Shown here: positions 26,983-35,076 of the stretch, one piece after another
How positions within the stretch are numbered: position 1 is the first letter of the stretch
Layout: each line of letters opens with the position of its first letter
NCBI GenBank assembly: GCA_963665095.1
Contig: OY762069.1
Span: 4,992,001 to 5,056,000 of the forward strand
Direction: 5' to 3'
Origin: an uncultured Desulfobacter sp.
Lineage (GTDB): Bacteria; Desulfobacterota; Desulfobacteria; Desulfobacterales; Desulfobacteraceae
Length of the DNA stretch: 64,000 nt
Made by a program: the position numbers and the translations under genes
Notes under the pieces: generated by a model
Database searches by the model: none
The model's input: only the letters and a program-made list of their open reading frames with translations
What the model was told of the DNA's origin: nothing

Positions 26983-28947
26983 ATGTCTGACAGAAAAAAC
27001 CGTTTGATGGGGCGGGGGTACACAATCAATATCAATACCAAAATCCGTCTGGGATTTTTTCTGACGGTCCTGCCCCTGTTTTTTATTGTTGGTGCCACCT
27101 ACTTCCCGTTAAGGAATATTGTTTTTGAAAACAGTGCGCGTCAGATTGTTCTTATCAGCAGCAGCGGACAGGAACAGTTCAGCTCTTTCTTAAGAACTTC
27201 CTATCTGTTTTTCCGGGAGTGGGTTGAAGGGGACGTGTTTCGCCTGGCCACAGAGTTTGACGCCTGGGATGACCTTAAGTATCAGATGGATTCCATTCAG
27301 AGGGTGCATAAGGAGTTCCCCATTATGCTGATGGTGAATAAACGCGGCGTTATTATTCAGGAGAGCCGCCTGTTTAAACGTAATAGCAGCGGGACCACAC
27401 TGATCGGGCAGCCCCTTCCCTATTTTAAAGATATCTCAGGCATTGCCAGCGGCCCTGCTTTTGTTGTTGACAGTGGCCCTGAACTGCCCAACCGTGATAA
27501 CGCATCTTTACTTTTGTTTGTTCATCAGACCAAGGATTCAATTGAGAATGTCAACGGCCATTTTTTAAGTTTTCTGGACCTCTCCTCCCTTAAAGGCATC
27601 TGCAATGAAATTTTGAAAGAACTTAAGTCTTCGTCCCTGCCCGGCAGTCATGTGGCCGTGGTTAATATGAATTCTAACAAAGTGATCAGCTATGCTGCCC
27701 ATGAGGATAAAGATGGAAATGACACCTTTAAGCTGCCTGTGACGGCACAGACGCTTGCGAAAGAAGCCCGGCCGGGGCAGATAAAAGTGTTTAACACTGA
27801 AACGGGGAATCAGCATCTCCTCTATCTGCCCCTGGATTTAGAATCTGACAGTGATAAAAAGAAAAACAAATGCGCCCTGTGCCTGGTGCTTTGCGTCCAC
27901 GAAGAGGAGATCATGGCCAAGGTGTCCGGTACGTTGTTTTTGAGTATGGGGATTGCCGGCATTGGATTGGTTCTGGCCCTGGTGTTCAGTGCCCTGACCG
28001 TAAAAATGCTGACCTCTCCCATTACTCAGCTGGTTCAGGTGCTTCAGCAGTATACGGGCGGAGACTCTTCAGTCAGAGCGGAAGTGAAAAGCCGGGATGA
28101 GATCGGTTATTTTGCCCAGGAGTTTAATTCAATGCTTGAAAAAATTGAGGCCTCCTCCCTGGCCCTTCAGGAAAGTGAGGCCAGGTATCGAAATTTTTTC
28201 AACAGCCTTCAGAAAGCCGTCAATTCAAAAAATTACAAGTTTCGCTTTGATTTGCCGCACAATGAAGAGGATGATCTGGTGGCCTCTCTGAATGCCATGC
28301 TGGAAACCCTTGAAAATGCGGATTTAAAAAGCCGTGAGGAGGACTGGATCAAGACCGGTGTGAACCAGCTCAGTGAACAGATCAGCGGGAACTACAAGCT
28401 GGATGAACTCTGCCTTAAGGCCATTACCTTTATTGCCCGGTACATGGAGGCGCTTACCGGCACCATGTTTATCCGCCGGCTGGAAGATGACCACAGTGGT
28501 GCGTTTTATGAGCTGGTGGCTGCATATGCATATCAGCATAACAAAAATGAACGCTACGGCTACAGGGAAAAAGAGGGCCTTTTAGGCCAGGTGGTGAAGG
28601 AGAAAAAACCCCTCCACCTGACAGATATTCCTGTGAATTATCTGAAGATTTCCTCTTCTTTAGGGTCTGCCTCTCCCAGTGATGTGCTGATTTTCCCCTT
28701 GATTTACGAGGGCGAAGTTCAGGGTGTGGTGGAACTTGCCGCTAATTTCAGCCTGGAGAAAAAGCATCTGAATCTGGCAGACCAGCTTGGCAAGGTGATT
28801 GGTGTGGCGGTTTACTCGGCCATTGTCAATGACCAGTTCAAGAAGCAGTCTGAAAATCTGTTACAGCAGCAGAAAAATTTGAAAAAAGCCAATCGTGAGC
28901 TTGAAGAACAGAATCTTCTGCTGCAGGAGGTGGAATCCGAGGATTGA
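26983..28947 (+). CDS. Membrane sensor (large periplasmic/Cache-like domain)-HAMP-GAF protein without output domain
   Basis: Two TM segments, HAMP (PITQL...DEIGYFAQEFNSML), WIKTG, GAF (EGLLGQV, IPVNYLKISSSLG, GVVELA); ends after a short coiled coil. Confidence 0.82.
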   Translation: MSDRKNRLMGRGYTININTKIRLGFFLTVLPLFFIVGATYFPLRNIVFENSARQIVLISSSGQEQFSSFLRTSYLFFREWVEGDVFRLATEFDAWDDLKYQMDSIQRVHKEFPIMLMVNKRGVIIQESRLFKRNSSGTTLIGQPLPYFKDISGIASGPAFVVDSGPELPNRDNASLLLFVHQTKDSIENVNGHFLSFLDLSSLKGICNEILKELKSSSLPGSHVAVVNMNSNKVISYAAHEDKDGNDTFKLPVTAQTLAKEARPGQIKVFNTETGNQHLLYLPLDLESDSDKKKNKCALCLVLCVHEEEIMAKVSGTLFLSMGIAGIGLVLALVFSALTVKMLTSPITQLVQVLQQYTGGDSSVRAEVKSRDEIGYFAQEFNSMLEKIEASSLALQESEARYRNFFNSLQKAVNSKNYKFRFDLPHNEEDDLVASLNAMLETLENADLKSREEDWIKTGVNQLSEQISGNYKLDELCLKAITFIARYMEALTGTMFIRRLEDDHSGAFYELVAAYAYQHNKNERYGYREKEGLLGQVVKEKKPLHLTDIPVNYLKISSSLGSASPSDVLIFPLIYEGEVQGVVELAANFSLEKKHLNLADQLGKVIGVAVYSAIVNDQFKKQSENLLQQQKNLKKANRELEEQNLLLQEVESED

Positions 28948-30348
28948 TTAAGATCCCTTTTTCTTACCTGAAATCATGGCTTCAGGTTTTATCCATTCAT
29001 CCATTTGTTCCGGCGTTACCAGGTCAAGAGCGGCAGCCGCCTCTTTTAACGTAATGCCGTCTCCAAGGGCTTTTTTCGCAATCAGCGCGGCATTGTCATA
29101 GCCGATATGCGGTGCCAGTGCCGTCACCAGCATCAATGATTTCTCCAGATAATTTTTAATTACCGGGGTGTTAGGTTCTATCCCGGCAAGGCAGTTGGCG
29201 GTGAACGAGGCAGTTCCTTCGGCCAGAAGCGTTATGGACTGGAGCAGGTTGTAGATGATGACCGGCTTGAAAACATTGAGTTCAAAGTTGCCCTGGCTTG
29301 CGGCAAAGCCGATGGCCGCATCATTCCCCATTACCTGGCAGGCAGCCATGGTTAGTGCTTCCGCCTGGGTGGGATTGATTTTTCCCGGCATGATGGAACT
29401 GCCGGGTTCATTGGCCGGAATGGTCAGCTCTCCGATGCCGCACCTCGGGCCGCTGGCAAGCCAGCGAACATCATTGGCTATTTTCATCAGGTTGGCGGCA
29501 AGGCCCTTGAGTGCACCGCTGGCAAAGACCAGTTGATCGTGCCCGGTCAGGCCGTGGAAGGTGTTTTTCATCCGGGTAAAGGGGATGCCCGTTGCCCGGG
29601 CAAGCGCTTCTGCCACGGCTTCCCCGAAGCCATCCGGGGCGTTTAATCCTGTTCCCACGGCCGTGCCGCCGATGGCAAGGGGATAGAGCCCCTCCAGTGC
29701 GCAAAGAACCTGATCCCGGCTGCTTTCCACCATGGCTTCCCAGCCGCTTATTTCCTGACCAAGGGTAATGGGCGTGGCATCCTGCAGGTGGGTGCGTCCG
29801 ATCTTTATGATATCTGAAAAAGCGCGGGATTTCTGGCCAAGGGTTGTCAGCATCCGGGCGACGGCCGGCAGCAGGCGTTCTTTAATTTCAAAAACCGCTG
29901 CCATGTGCATGGCTGCCGGAAACGTGTCATTGGAACTTTGAGACTTGTTTACATGATCATTGGGATGGATACGCAAGGGGCTGTACCCCTGCCCCTGGTC
30001 AAGCATGGCTGCCCGGTTGGCGATCACCTCGTTGAGATTCATATTGGTCTGGGTGCCGCTGCCCGTCTGCCAGACCATAAGGGGAAACTGGTCATCGTGA
30101 TGCCCTTGAGCAATTTCATCGCAGGCCTGCATGATGCGTGAGGCCGGATGGTCCTCCAGCAGTCCCAGCCGGTTGTTCACCGTTGCACAGGCTTTTTTGA
30201 GGCGGGCATAGGCATGGATAAGGGCCATGGGCATTTTTTCACCGCCTATGCTGAAATTTTGCCGGCTGCGCTCGGTCTGGGCGCCCCACAACGCCTCTGC
30301 AGGCACCTGGATGGTGCCCATGGTGTCATGTTCGGTTCGGTAATCCAT
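28948..30348 (-). CDS. fumC: Fumarate hydratase class II
   Basis: [37 protein letters not shown] and [11 protein letters not shown] signature. Confidence 0.97.
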   Translation of the reverse strand: MDYRTEHDTMGTIQVPAEALWGAQTERSRQNFSIGGEKMPMALIHAYARLKKACATVNNRLGLLEDHPASRIMQACDEIAQGHHDDQFPLMVWQTGSGTQTNMNLNEVIANRAAMLDQGQGYSPLRIHPNDHVNKSQSSNDTFPAAMHMAAVFEIKERLLPAVARMLTTLGQKSRAFSDIIKIGRTHLQDATPITLGQEISGWEAMVESSRDQVLCALEGLYPLAIGGTAVGTGLNAPDGFGEAVAEALARATGIPFTRMKNTFHGLTGHDQLVFASGALKGLAANLMKIANDVRWLASGPRCGIGELTIPANEPGSSIMPGKINPTQAEALTMAACQVMGNDAAIGFAASQGNFELNVFKPVIIYNLLQSITLLAEGTASFTANCLAGIEPNTPVIKNYLEKSLMLVTALAPHIGYDNAALIAKKALGDGITLKEAAAALDLVTPEQMDEWIKPEAMISGKKKGS

Positions 30349-30385
30349 TTTTTATCCTTGAGTTGATGATTAACAAGTCTGATTC

Positions 30386-30410
30386 TGGCAGATTTTGGAA
30401 AAATCTGCCA
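30386..30410. promoter_or_regulatory. Palindromic operator candidate between fumC and the aldehyde dehydrogenase
   Basis: TGGCAGATTTT-GGA-AAAATCTGCCA, with perfect 11-bp arms. Confidence 0.55.
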
Positions 30411-30593
30411 AATTTTTTTGGCCGGTACTTTTTCTGCCGCCCTTATTTCGTGCCGGGCAGCAGGGTCTTTGGCGTATAGCAACAGGCAAAGTTGCCGGCA
30501 GAAGGTAGAAACAATGATTTGACGCGCTATGTTTAATCTGGCATAAAATCAGTTGATTTCGGCCAAAGATGGAAATATTAAAGGAGTGATGCC

Positions 30594-32018
30594 ATGACCC
30601 CCCGTGATGAGAGCACCTGCCCCGATGATCTTTTTTCCCTGTATAGCAATCAGGCCCGGGCCTTTTTAGAAGAGCCGGAAATCCCTTTTAAAAAACGGAT
30701 CGAACTGCTTGAAATTATAGAGACCATTCTCATTGACAATGATCAGGATATATATGAGGCAATTTCCCGCGATTTTGGCAACAGATCCATCCACGAAACC
30801 CAGCTTCTTGAAATTTCCCCCAGTATAATGGGGCTGCGGTATTCCCGCCGCCGGTTGAAGAAATGGATGGCCCCCCGGCGCCGCCATACCTCCCTGGTAT
30901 TTGCAGGCGGTAAAAACCGGGTGATTCCCCAGGCCAAGGGCGTGGTGGGCATTGTGACGCCCTGGAACTATCCTTTGTTTCTGGCAATCAGCCCCATGAC
31001 TTCGGCCATTTCCGCAGGCAACCGGGTGCTGGTGAAGCAGGCCACGAACAGCCAGGAGCTGTGTCGCCTTCTGGACCGGCTTTTCTCCCAGAAAATCCCC
31101 CGGGAGTATGTCAGTTTTGCACCCGGTGCAAAGGCTGCTGAATTCTCCAGCCTGCCCTTTAACCACCTGGTGTTCACCGGGTCTCCGGACGTGGGCAGAA
31201 CCGTAATGAAAAGTGCCGCCGAACATCTTACCCCGGTCACCCTGGAACTTGGTGGCAAGTCGCCTGCTATTATTGCCCCGGATTTTAATCTGACCCTGGC
31301 CGTGGAACGGATCATGTTCGCCAAACTGATGAATGCCGGTCAGACCTGCATTGCACCGGATTATCTTTTCATCCCGGAGAATAGGGTTGATGCCTTTATC
31401 CGGGCGGCCCGGGTCGTGGTGAAAAAAAGATACCCCTCCATTGATACAGACGCGTATACCTCTATCATTGATAAAAAGGCTTTTTTACGCCTTGAACAGA
31501 CGCTGGCGGATGCCAGGCAGAAAGGTGCCCGGGTGGAAAACCTGCTCAACGGCCCTGAAAGCGATGCCGGGGCATGCAAGATTTCCCCCATGATCCTCAC
31601 CCGGGTGAATGAAGAGATGCGCATCATGCAGGAGGAGATTTTTGGTCCCTTGTTTCCTGTGATACCTTACAAAGATATGAATGAGGTCATCCGGTATATC
31701 AACGCCAAAGAGCGGCCCCTGGCCCTTTACCTTTTCACCAATGACGGAAAACTTTCTGACAGGGTGATCCGAAACACCCGGTCCGGAGGGGTCTGTATTA
31801 ATGACTGCGCCATGCATGCAGCCCAGCATGACATGCCCTTCGGCGGGACCGGAAACTCAGGCATGGGCCACTACCATGGTTATGAAGGCTTTCTTGAGTT
31901 CTCAAAGATGCGGCCAGTGTTCCGGCAGCCCCGGTTTGCCCTGTCCCTGGCACCGCCCTATGGCGCCAAGGTTAAACGGGTATATGACAGTGTTAAAAAC
32001 TTCAAGTGGCTGGCCTGA
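30594..32018 (+). CDS. Coniferyl-aldehyde dehydrogenase-like NAD(P)-dependent aldehyde dehydrogenase
   Basis: PWNYP, FTGS, LELGGKSP, NAGQTC.APDY, EEIFGP and PFGG.GNSGMG.YHG. Confidence 0.92.
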   Translation: MTPRDESTCPDDLFSLYSNQARAFLEEPEIPFKKRIELLEIIETILIDNDQDIYEAISRDFGNRSIHETQLLEISPSIMGLRYSRRRLKKWMAPRRRHTSLVFAGGKNRVIPQAKGVVGIVTPWNYPLFLAISPMTSAISAGNRVLVKQATNSQELCRLLDRLFSQKIPREYVSFAPGAKAAEFSSLPFNHLVFTGSPDVGRTVMKSAAEHLTPVTLELGGKSPAIIAPDFNLTLAVERIMFAKLMNAGQTCIAPDYLFIPENRVDAFIRAARVVVKKRYPSIDTDAYTSIIDKKAFLRLEQTLADARQKGARVENLLNGPESDAGACKISPMILTRVNEEMRIMQEEIFGPLFPVIPYKDMNEVIRYINAKERPLALYLFTNDGKLSDRVIRNTRSGGVCINDCAMHAAQHDMPFGGTGNSGMGHYHGYEGFLEFSKMRPVFRQPRFALSLAPPYGAKVKRVYDSVKNFKWLA

Positions 32019-32129
32019 CATCGACCCTGAGCGGGATGCCGCGTTTATGCCACTATTTCTTCATTGGCGGCAATTGCCTGCTGAAAACTCCTGCTGCCGC
32101 CATTGCTTCGGGCTGTAAGCCTGTGGTTC

Positions 32130-32354
32130 AAACCGTTCCGGGCCATTCGCCTGCCGTTCGCTGAAATTCGTTTGCACAACTTCTAAATTTGCTGCGCTAA
32201 ACAGCAAAAACTGCGGTCCAGTGGGTCCTGAAACAGTTGTAAGCATAAGCTTCTCTTCGAGCGCCGTTTTTAACGCTACGCTGCATTAAGAAGTTGCAGC
32301 AAACGAATTCCTAACGCTCTTTTGCAGGCGAACGGCCCTCCACTGGAGGGTTTT
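32130..32354. repeat. Long imperfect inverted-repeat element (MITE-like or structured RNA)
   Basis: GGGCCATTCGCCTGC (32140-54) pairs with GCAGGCGAACGGCCC (32324-38); GAAATTCGTTTGC-ACAACTTCT (32163-84) pairs with AGAAGTTGC-AGCAAACGAATTC (32289-310). Confidence 0.65.
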
Positions 32355-32796
32355 AACAAATAAAATGACGGTTGGCACCTTCTCTTGTCCCGTAAAAATT
32401 GGGGCCAACCCATATGTTATTGCGGTCCCCTGCCTGGGTGATGACAAATGCCTGGAAGAGGGCTTAAAAAGAAACAGGGTTGAAAAGAAAGCACCATTTC
32501 TCTATGTCTGTATATATTTTTGGTAAAAGTCATGCAGTTCAACCCATAACCGTTCAATTTTCAAAATGGATTGTCATCAATGAGATCAACAGCAAAGGTT
32601 CTTGTTCAGATCTGCCTGGTACTCCTGGTCTGGATTACCTTTGGATATGCCTCCGAAGATAAGGCCCGTTCCCTTAAGGTGATTTCTGAATTCACCCATG
32701 CCGGGGCCAGATCGGCACCTATCACGCCCTGCTTGTGGGGATCAATGACTACAAAGACCCGGAAATCCCGGATCGAAGGCCCTGGGTGAATGGATA

Positions 32797-33090
32797 ATGA
32801 AATTTAAAACGTTTACATACCCGGTACCTCCACCGGAAGATCCTGAAGAATTGAATGCCTTTTTGGGGTCAGCCAGGGTGCTGTCGGTAAACCAGTACGA
32901 GTACCGGTCTGGAAACGCTTCCTGCCTGGTTTTTGTAGTGGAATATCTTGAGGGAAAACCGGCCGGGCAGAAGGGGAAATCCCAGCCCAGGATAGATTAT
33001 CGGGAACTCCTGTCAGAGGCGGACTTTTCCCTTTTCTCTCAGCTGCGGGATCTGCGTAAAGTTATTGCAGAAAGGGTAATTGCTAACTGA
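32797..33090 (+). pseudogene. C-terminally truncated HRDC-domain protein of the type found as DGR accessory gene
   Basis: MKFKTF..P...EELNAFL...RVLSV....FVVEYL...RIDYRELL....F..FSQLRDLRK.IAE, stopping before the rest of the HRDC helices. Confidence 0.6.
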
Positions 33091-33105
33091 TTGAAAATAT
33101 CCCCC

Positions 33106-33134
33106 TTGAAAAAGTCTTTATTGAGGGCTATATT
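33106..33134 (+). promoter_or_regulatory. sigma70 promoter of the toxin-antitoxin operon
   Basis: TTGAAA, 17 bp, TATATT, overlapped by the imperfect inverted repeat TCTTTATTG...CAATAAAAAGA (likely autorepression operator). Confidence 0.6.
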
Positions 33135-33176
33135 AAGAGCAATAAAAAGATTTTTTTAGATTAAGGGAGGGTAAAA

Positions 33177-33428
33177 ATGGAATCAGTTTTAGCAAAATGC
33201 TCAGCAAGTATCTCAGAACTGAAAAAGAATCCTTCTTCTCTTATTGAGCAGGCAGAAGGCGAGCCTATTGCTATTTTGAACCACAATAAGCCGACCGCAT
33301 ATCTTATCCCGGCGGGTACATACGAAATAATGCTCGAACAAATAGAAGATTATCAACTCGGATTAATTGTGAAAGAACGTGAGCATGAAAAAGCGTCTGC
33401 GGTTGAAGTGAATCTCGATGATCTATAG
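33177..33428 (+). CDS. Type II antitoxin, Phd/YefM (StbD-like)
   Basis: ASISELKKNP, PIAILNHNKPTAYL and terminal V.LDDL; GGGAGG RBS. Confidence 0.92.
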   Translation: MESVLAKCSASISELKKNPSSLIEQAEGEPIAILNHNKPTAYLIPAGTYEIMLEQIEDYQLGLIVKEREHEKASAVEVNLDDL

Positions 33429-33705
33429 CCTTAAATTCCTTCCATCGGCGTTAAAGGAATGGAACAAGCTCGACAATTTTCTGCAGCGCCAGTTTAAGAA
33501 AAAGCTTGCTGAACGACTCAAAAAACCGCGAATTATTTCCGCTCAACTTTCCGGGTTCGAAAATCACTACAAAATTAAGCTGAGAGCAAGCGGGTATCGG
33601 CTTGTATATGAAGTTGTTGATACAGAGCTTATCGTGTATGTGATTACTGTTGGAAAACGGGAAAGAAATGTTGTCTATAAAAAAGCAAAAAACAGACACA
33701 TTTGA
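33418..33705 (+). CDS. Type II toxin, RelE/StbE family mRNA interferase
   Basis: Y.L.F...ALKEW.KLD, YKIKLRASGYRLVYEV and VGKRER; overlaps the antitoxin stop. Confidence 0.92.
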   Translation: MIYSLKFLPSALKEWNKLDNFLQRQFKKKLAERLKKPRIISAQLSGFENHYKIKLRASGYRLVYEVVDTELIVYVITVGKRERNVVYKKAKNRHI

Positions 33706-33822
33706 TTCTTTAAATGGACACACTAACCTGTCTGAATTCGGGAGATATAGAAGCCAGTTAAGCTGGTCCCATACCGGTAAAACAGGATAAGGCTGTTTTG
33801 GAATAGAGGTTAAAATAGCCAT

Positions 33823-34240
33823 ATGCGATATATTGAACCATATATTCTTAAGGACCTGGAACGTAAGACGGTGTTTGTGGGCGGTCCGCGGCAGGTGGGG
33901 AAGACCACCCCGGCTAATATGCTTGACCGGTATCATTACTGGCGGCTTCATCCCTGTTTCTGCAGTCCGTCCATATACCAGAAACCTGCCCCGGGCCATT
34001 GTCAAACCGCTAAAAGTGTTCTTCCTGGACAATGGGGATGTCATCGGGGATGACGGCGCTGTGTTTGAAAACCTGGTAGCCACCCATCTGCTGAAAAAAA
34101 TCTTTTTCTTGAGGACCGTGACGGCTTTCGTTACGAACTGAGATATATCCGGGACAAAGAAGGCCGGGAAGTTGACTTTCTTATACTCAAAGAAGGGAAC
34201 AAGAAGAGCTCATTGAGGTCAAATACTCGGATGATGCCGT
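33823..34240 (+). pseudogene. Heavily deleted, frameshifted AAA_14/DUF4143 ATPase
   Basis: Fragments in shifting frames: GPRQVGKTT, RYHYWRLHP, K.FFLD.G...FENLVA.HL and YIRDKEGREVDF...IEVK; only about 420 bp remain. Confidence 0.8.
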
Positions 34241-34272
34241 TTTGTGCAGCAACGCCGCAGGTGGGTGACTTT
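34241..34272 (-). repeat. 32-bp fragment of the MITE at 62000-62155
   Basis: Its reverse complement AAAGTCACCCACCTGCGGCGTTGCTGCACAAA is identical to 62014-62045. Confidence 0.9.
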
Positions 34273-34309
34273 GCGGGCGCGCCCCTCTTGCGAGCCGTTC
34301 AAGCACTGA

Positions 34310-34774
34310 TTATAGGAAAATATCCCTGATAAATGCCTGCCCGGGGTTATCCGGATTTACCATAATCTGAATATGTCTGCCGGATGGCAGGTCTTCTGAG
34401 GAAAGCAGGTAGCGGCTTTTTTTATAGGTCTTGTTTTTATATACATAGGAGAAGGTGACCCGGCTGTTAAGGGGAAGCCTCCGTCTTTTGTTCTCCCTGA
34501 TGGATTCAAGCTTTCCCCGAACGCTGTTTCCCCGCCTGAAAACAGCGCGGATGAGGCGGATTCGCCAGATCAGCAACAAGAAACAGGCCCCGGTGACACC
34601 ACCTGCCGCAAGCAGAATATAGAACAGGGCTTGCGGGTTTGTTTCGGTTTGTGCTGGGTCAGAATATGCTTCATAGCCGGCAACAGCGCCGATAACAATG
34701 GGGTAAATGGTGCACAGAAAACAAAAGTAATCTGTCAGAATGATGCTGAAAAGGGATGGGGTTTTGTTTGTCAT
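34310..34774 (-). CDS. Two-TM membrane protein with basic beta-rich C-terminus (DUF3592-like)
   Basis: Two hydrophobic helices, then G..V.G, V.FSY.Y....Y and I.IMVNPDNP. Confidence 0.7.
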   Translation of the reverse strand: MTNKTPSLFSIILTDYFCFLCTIYPIVIGAVAGYEAYSDPAQTETNPQALFYILLAAGGVTGACFLLLIWRIRLIRAVFRRGNSVRGKLESIRENKRRRLPLNSRVTFSYVYKNKTYKKSRYLLSSEDLPSGRHIQIMVNPDNPGQAFIRDIFL

Positions 34775-34881
34775 GTCGTCAGCTCTGTTGCAAAAAAATC
34801 GTCAAAGTTGAACGTATAGACATAGCCGGCCATGCCAATGCCTGCGATAATGACCAGTTTATAGAGTTTTGAACCGATCAT
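34771..34881 (-). CDS. Small single-TM protein, 36 aa (below ORF-track cutoff)
   Basis: GGAGGAGGGG RBS, MIGSKLYKLVIIAGIGMAGYVYTFNFDDFFATELTT*, with an ATGA overlap with the next gene. Confidence 0.6.
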   Translation of the reverse strand: MIGSKLYKLVIIAGIGMAGYVYTFNFDDFFATELTT

Positions 34882-35076
34882 CCCCTCCTCCCTGCCAAAT
34901 GAATGAGATTGATTTGCCGCTTCTGATCTCCTGTCGAATATTATGTAATGACACGGTTGTCAATTAATTTGGTATGTCTGAATTTCCCCATATTTCCAAC
35001 TGGATAGCCTATGGGAGAAGCATAAGGGTTTCTTACCGTTGAAATTCGGGCCTGATGTATTATTTTCAAGATTTAC

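Noticed and set aside
33451..34083. 210-aa minus-strand ORF
   Set aside because: Antisense to the RelE toxin and the ATPase pseudogene, both of which have family motifs.
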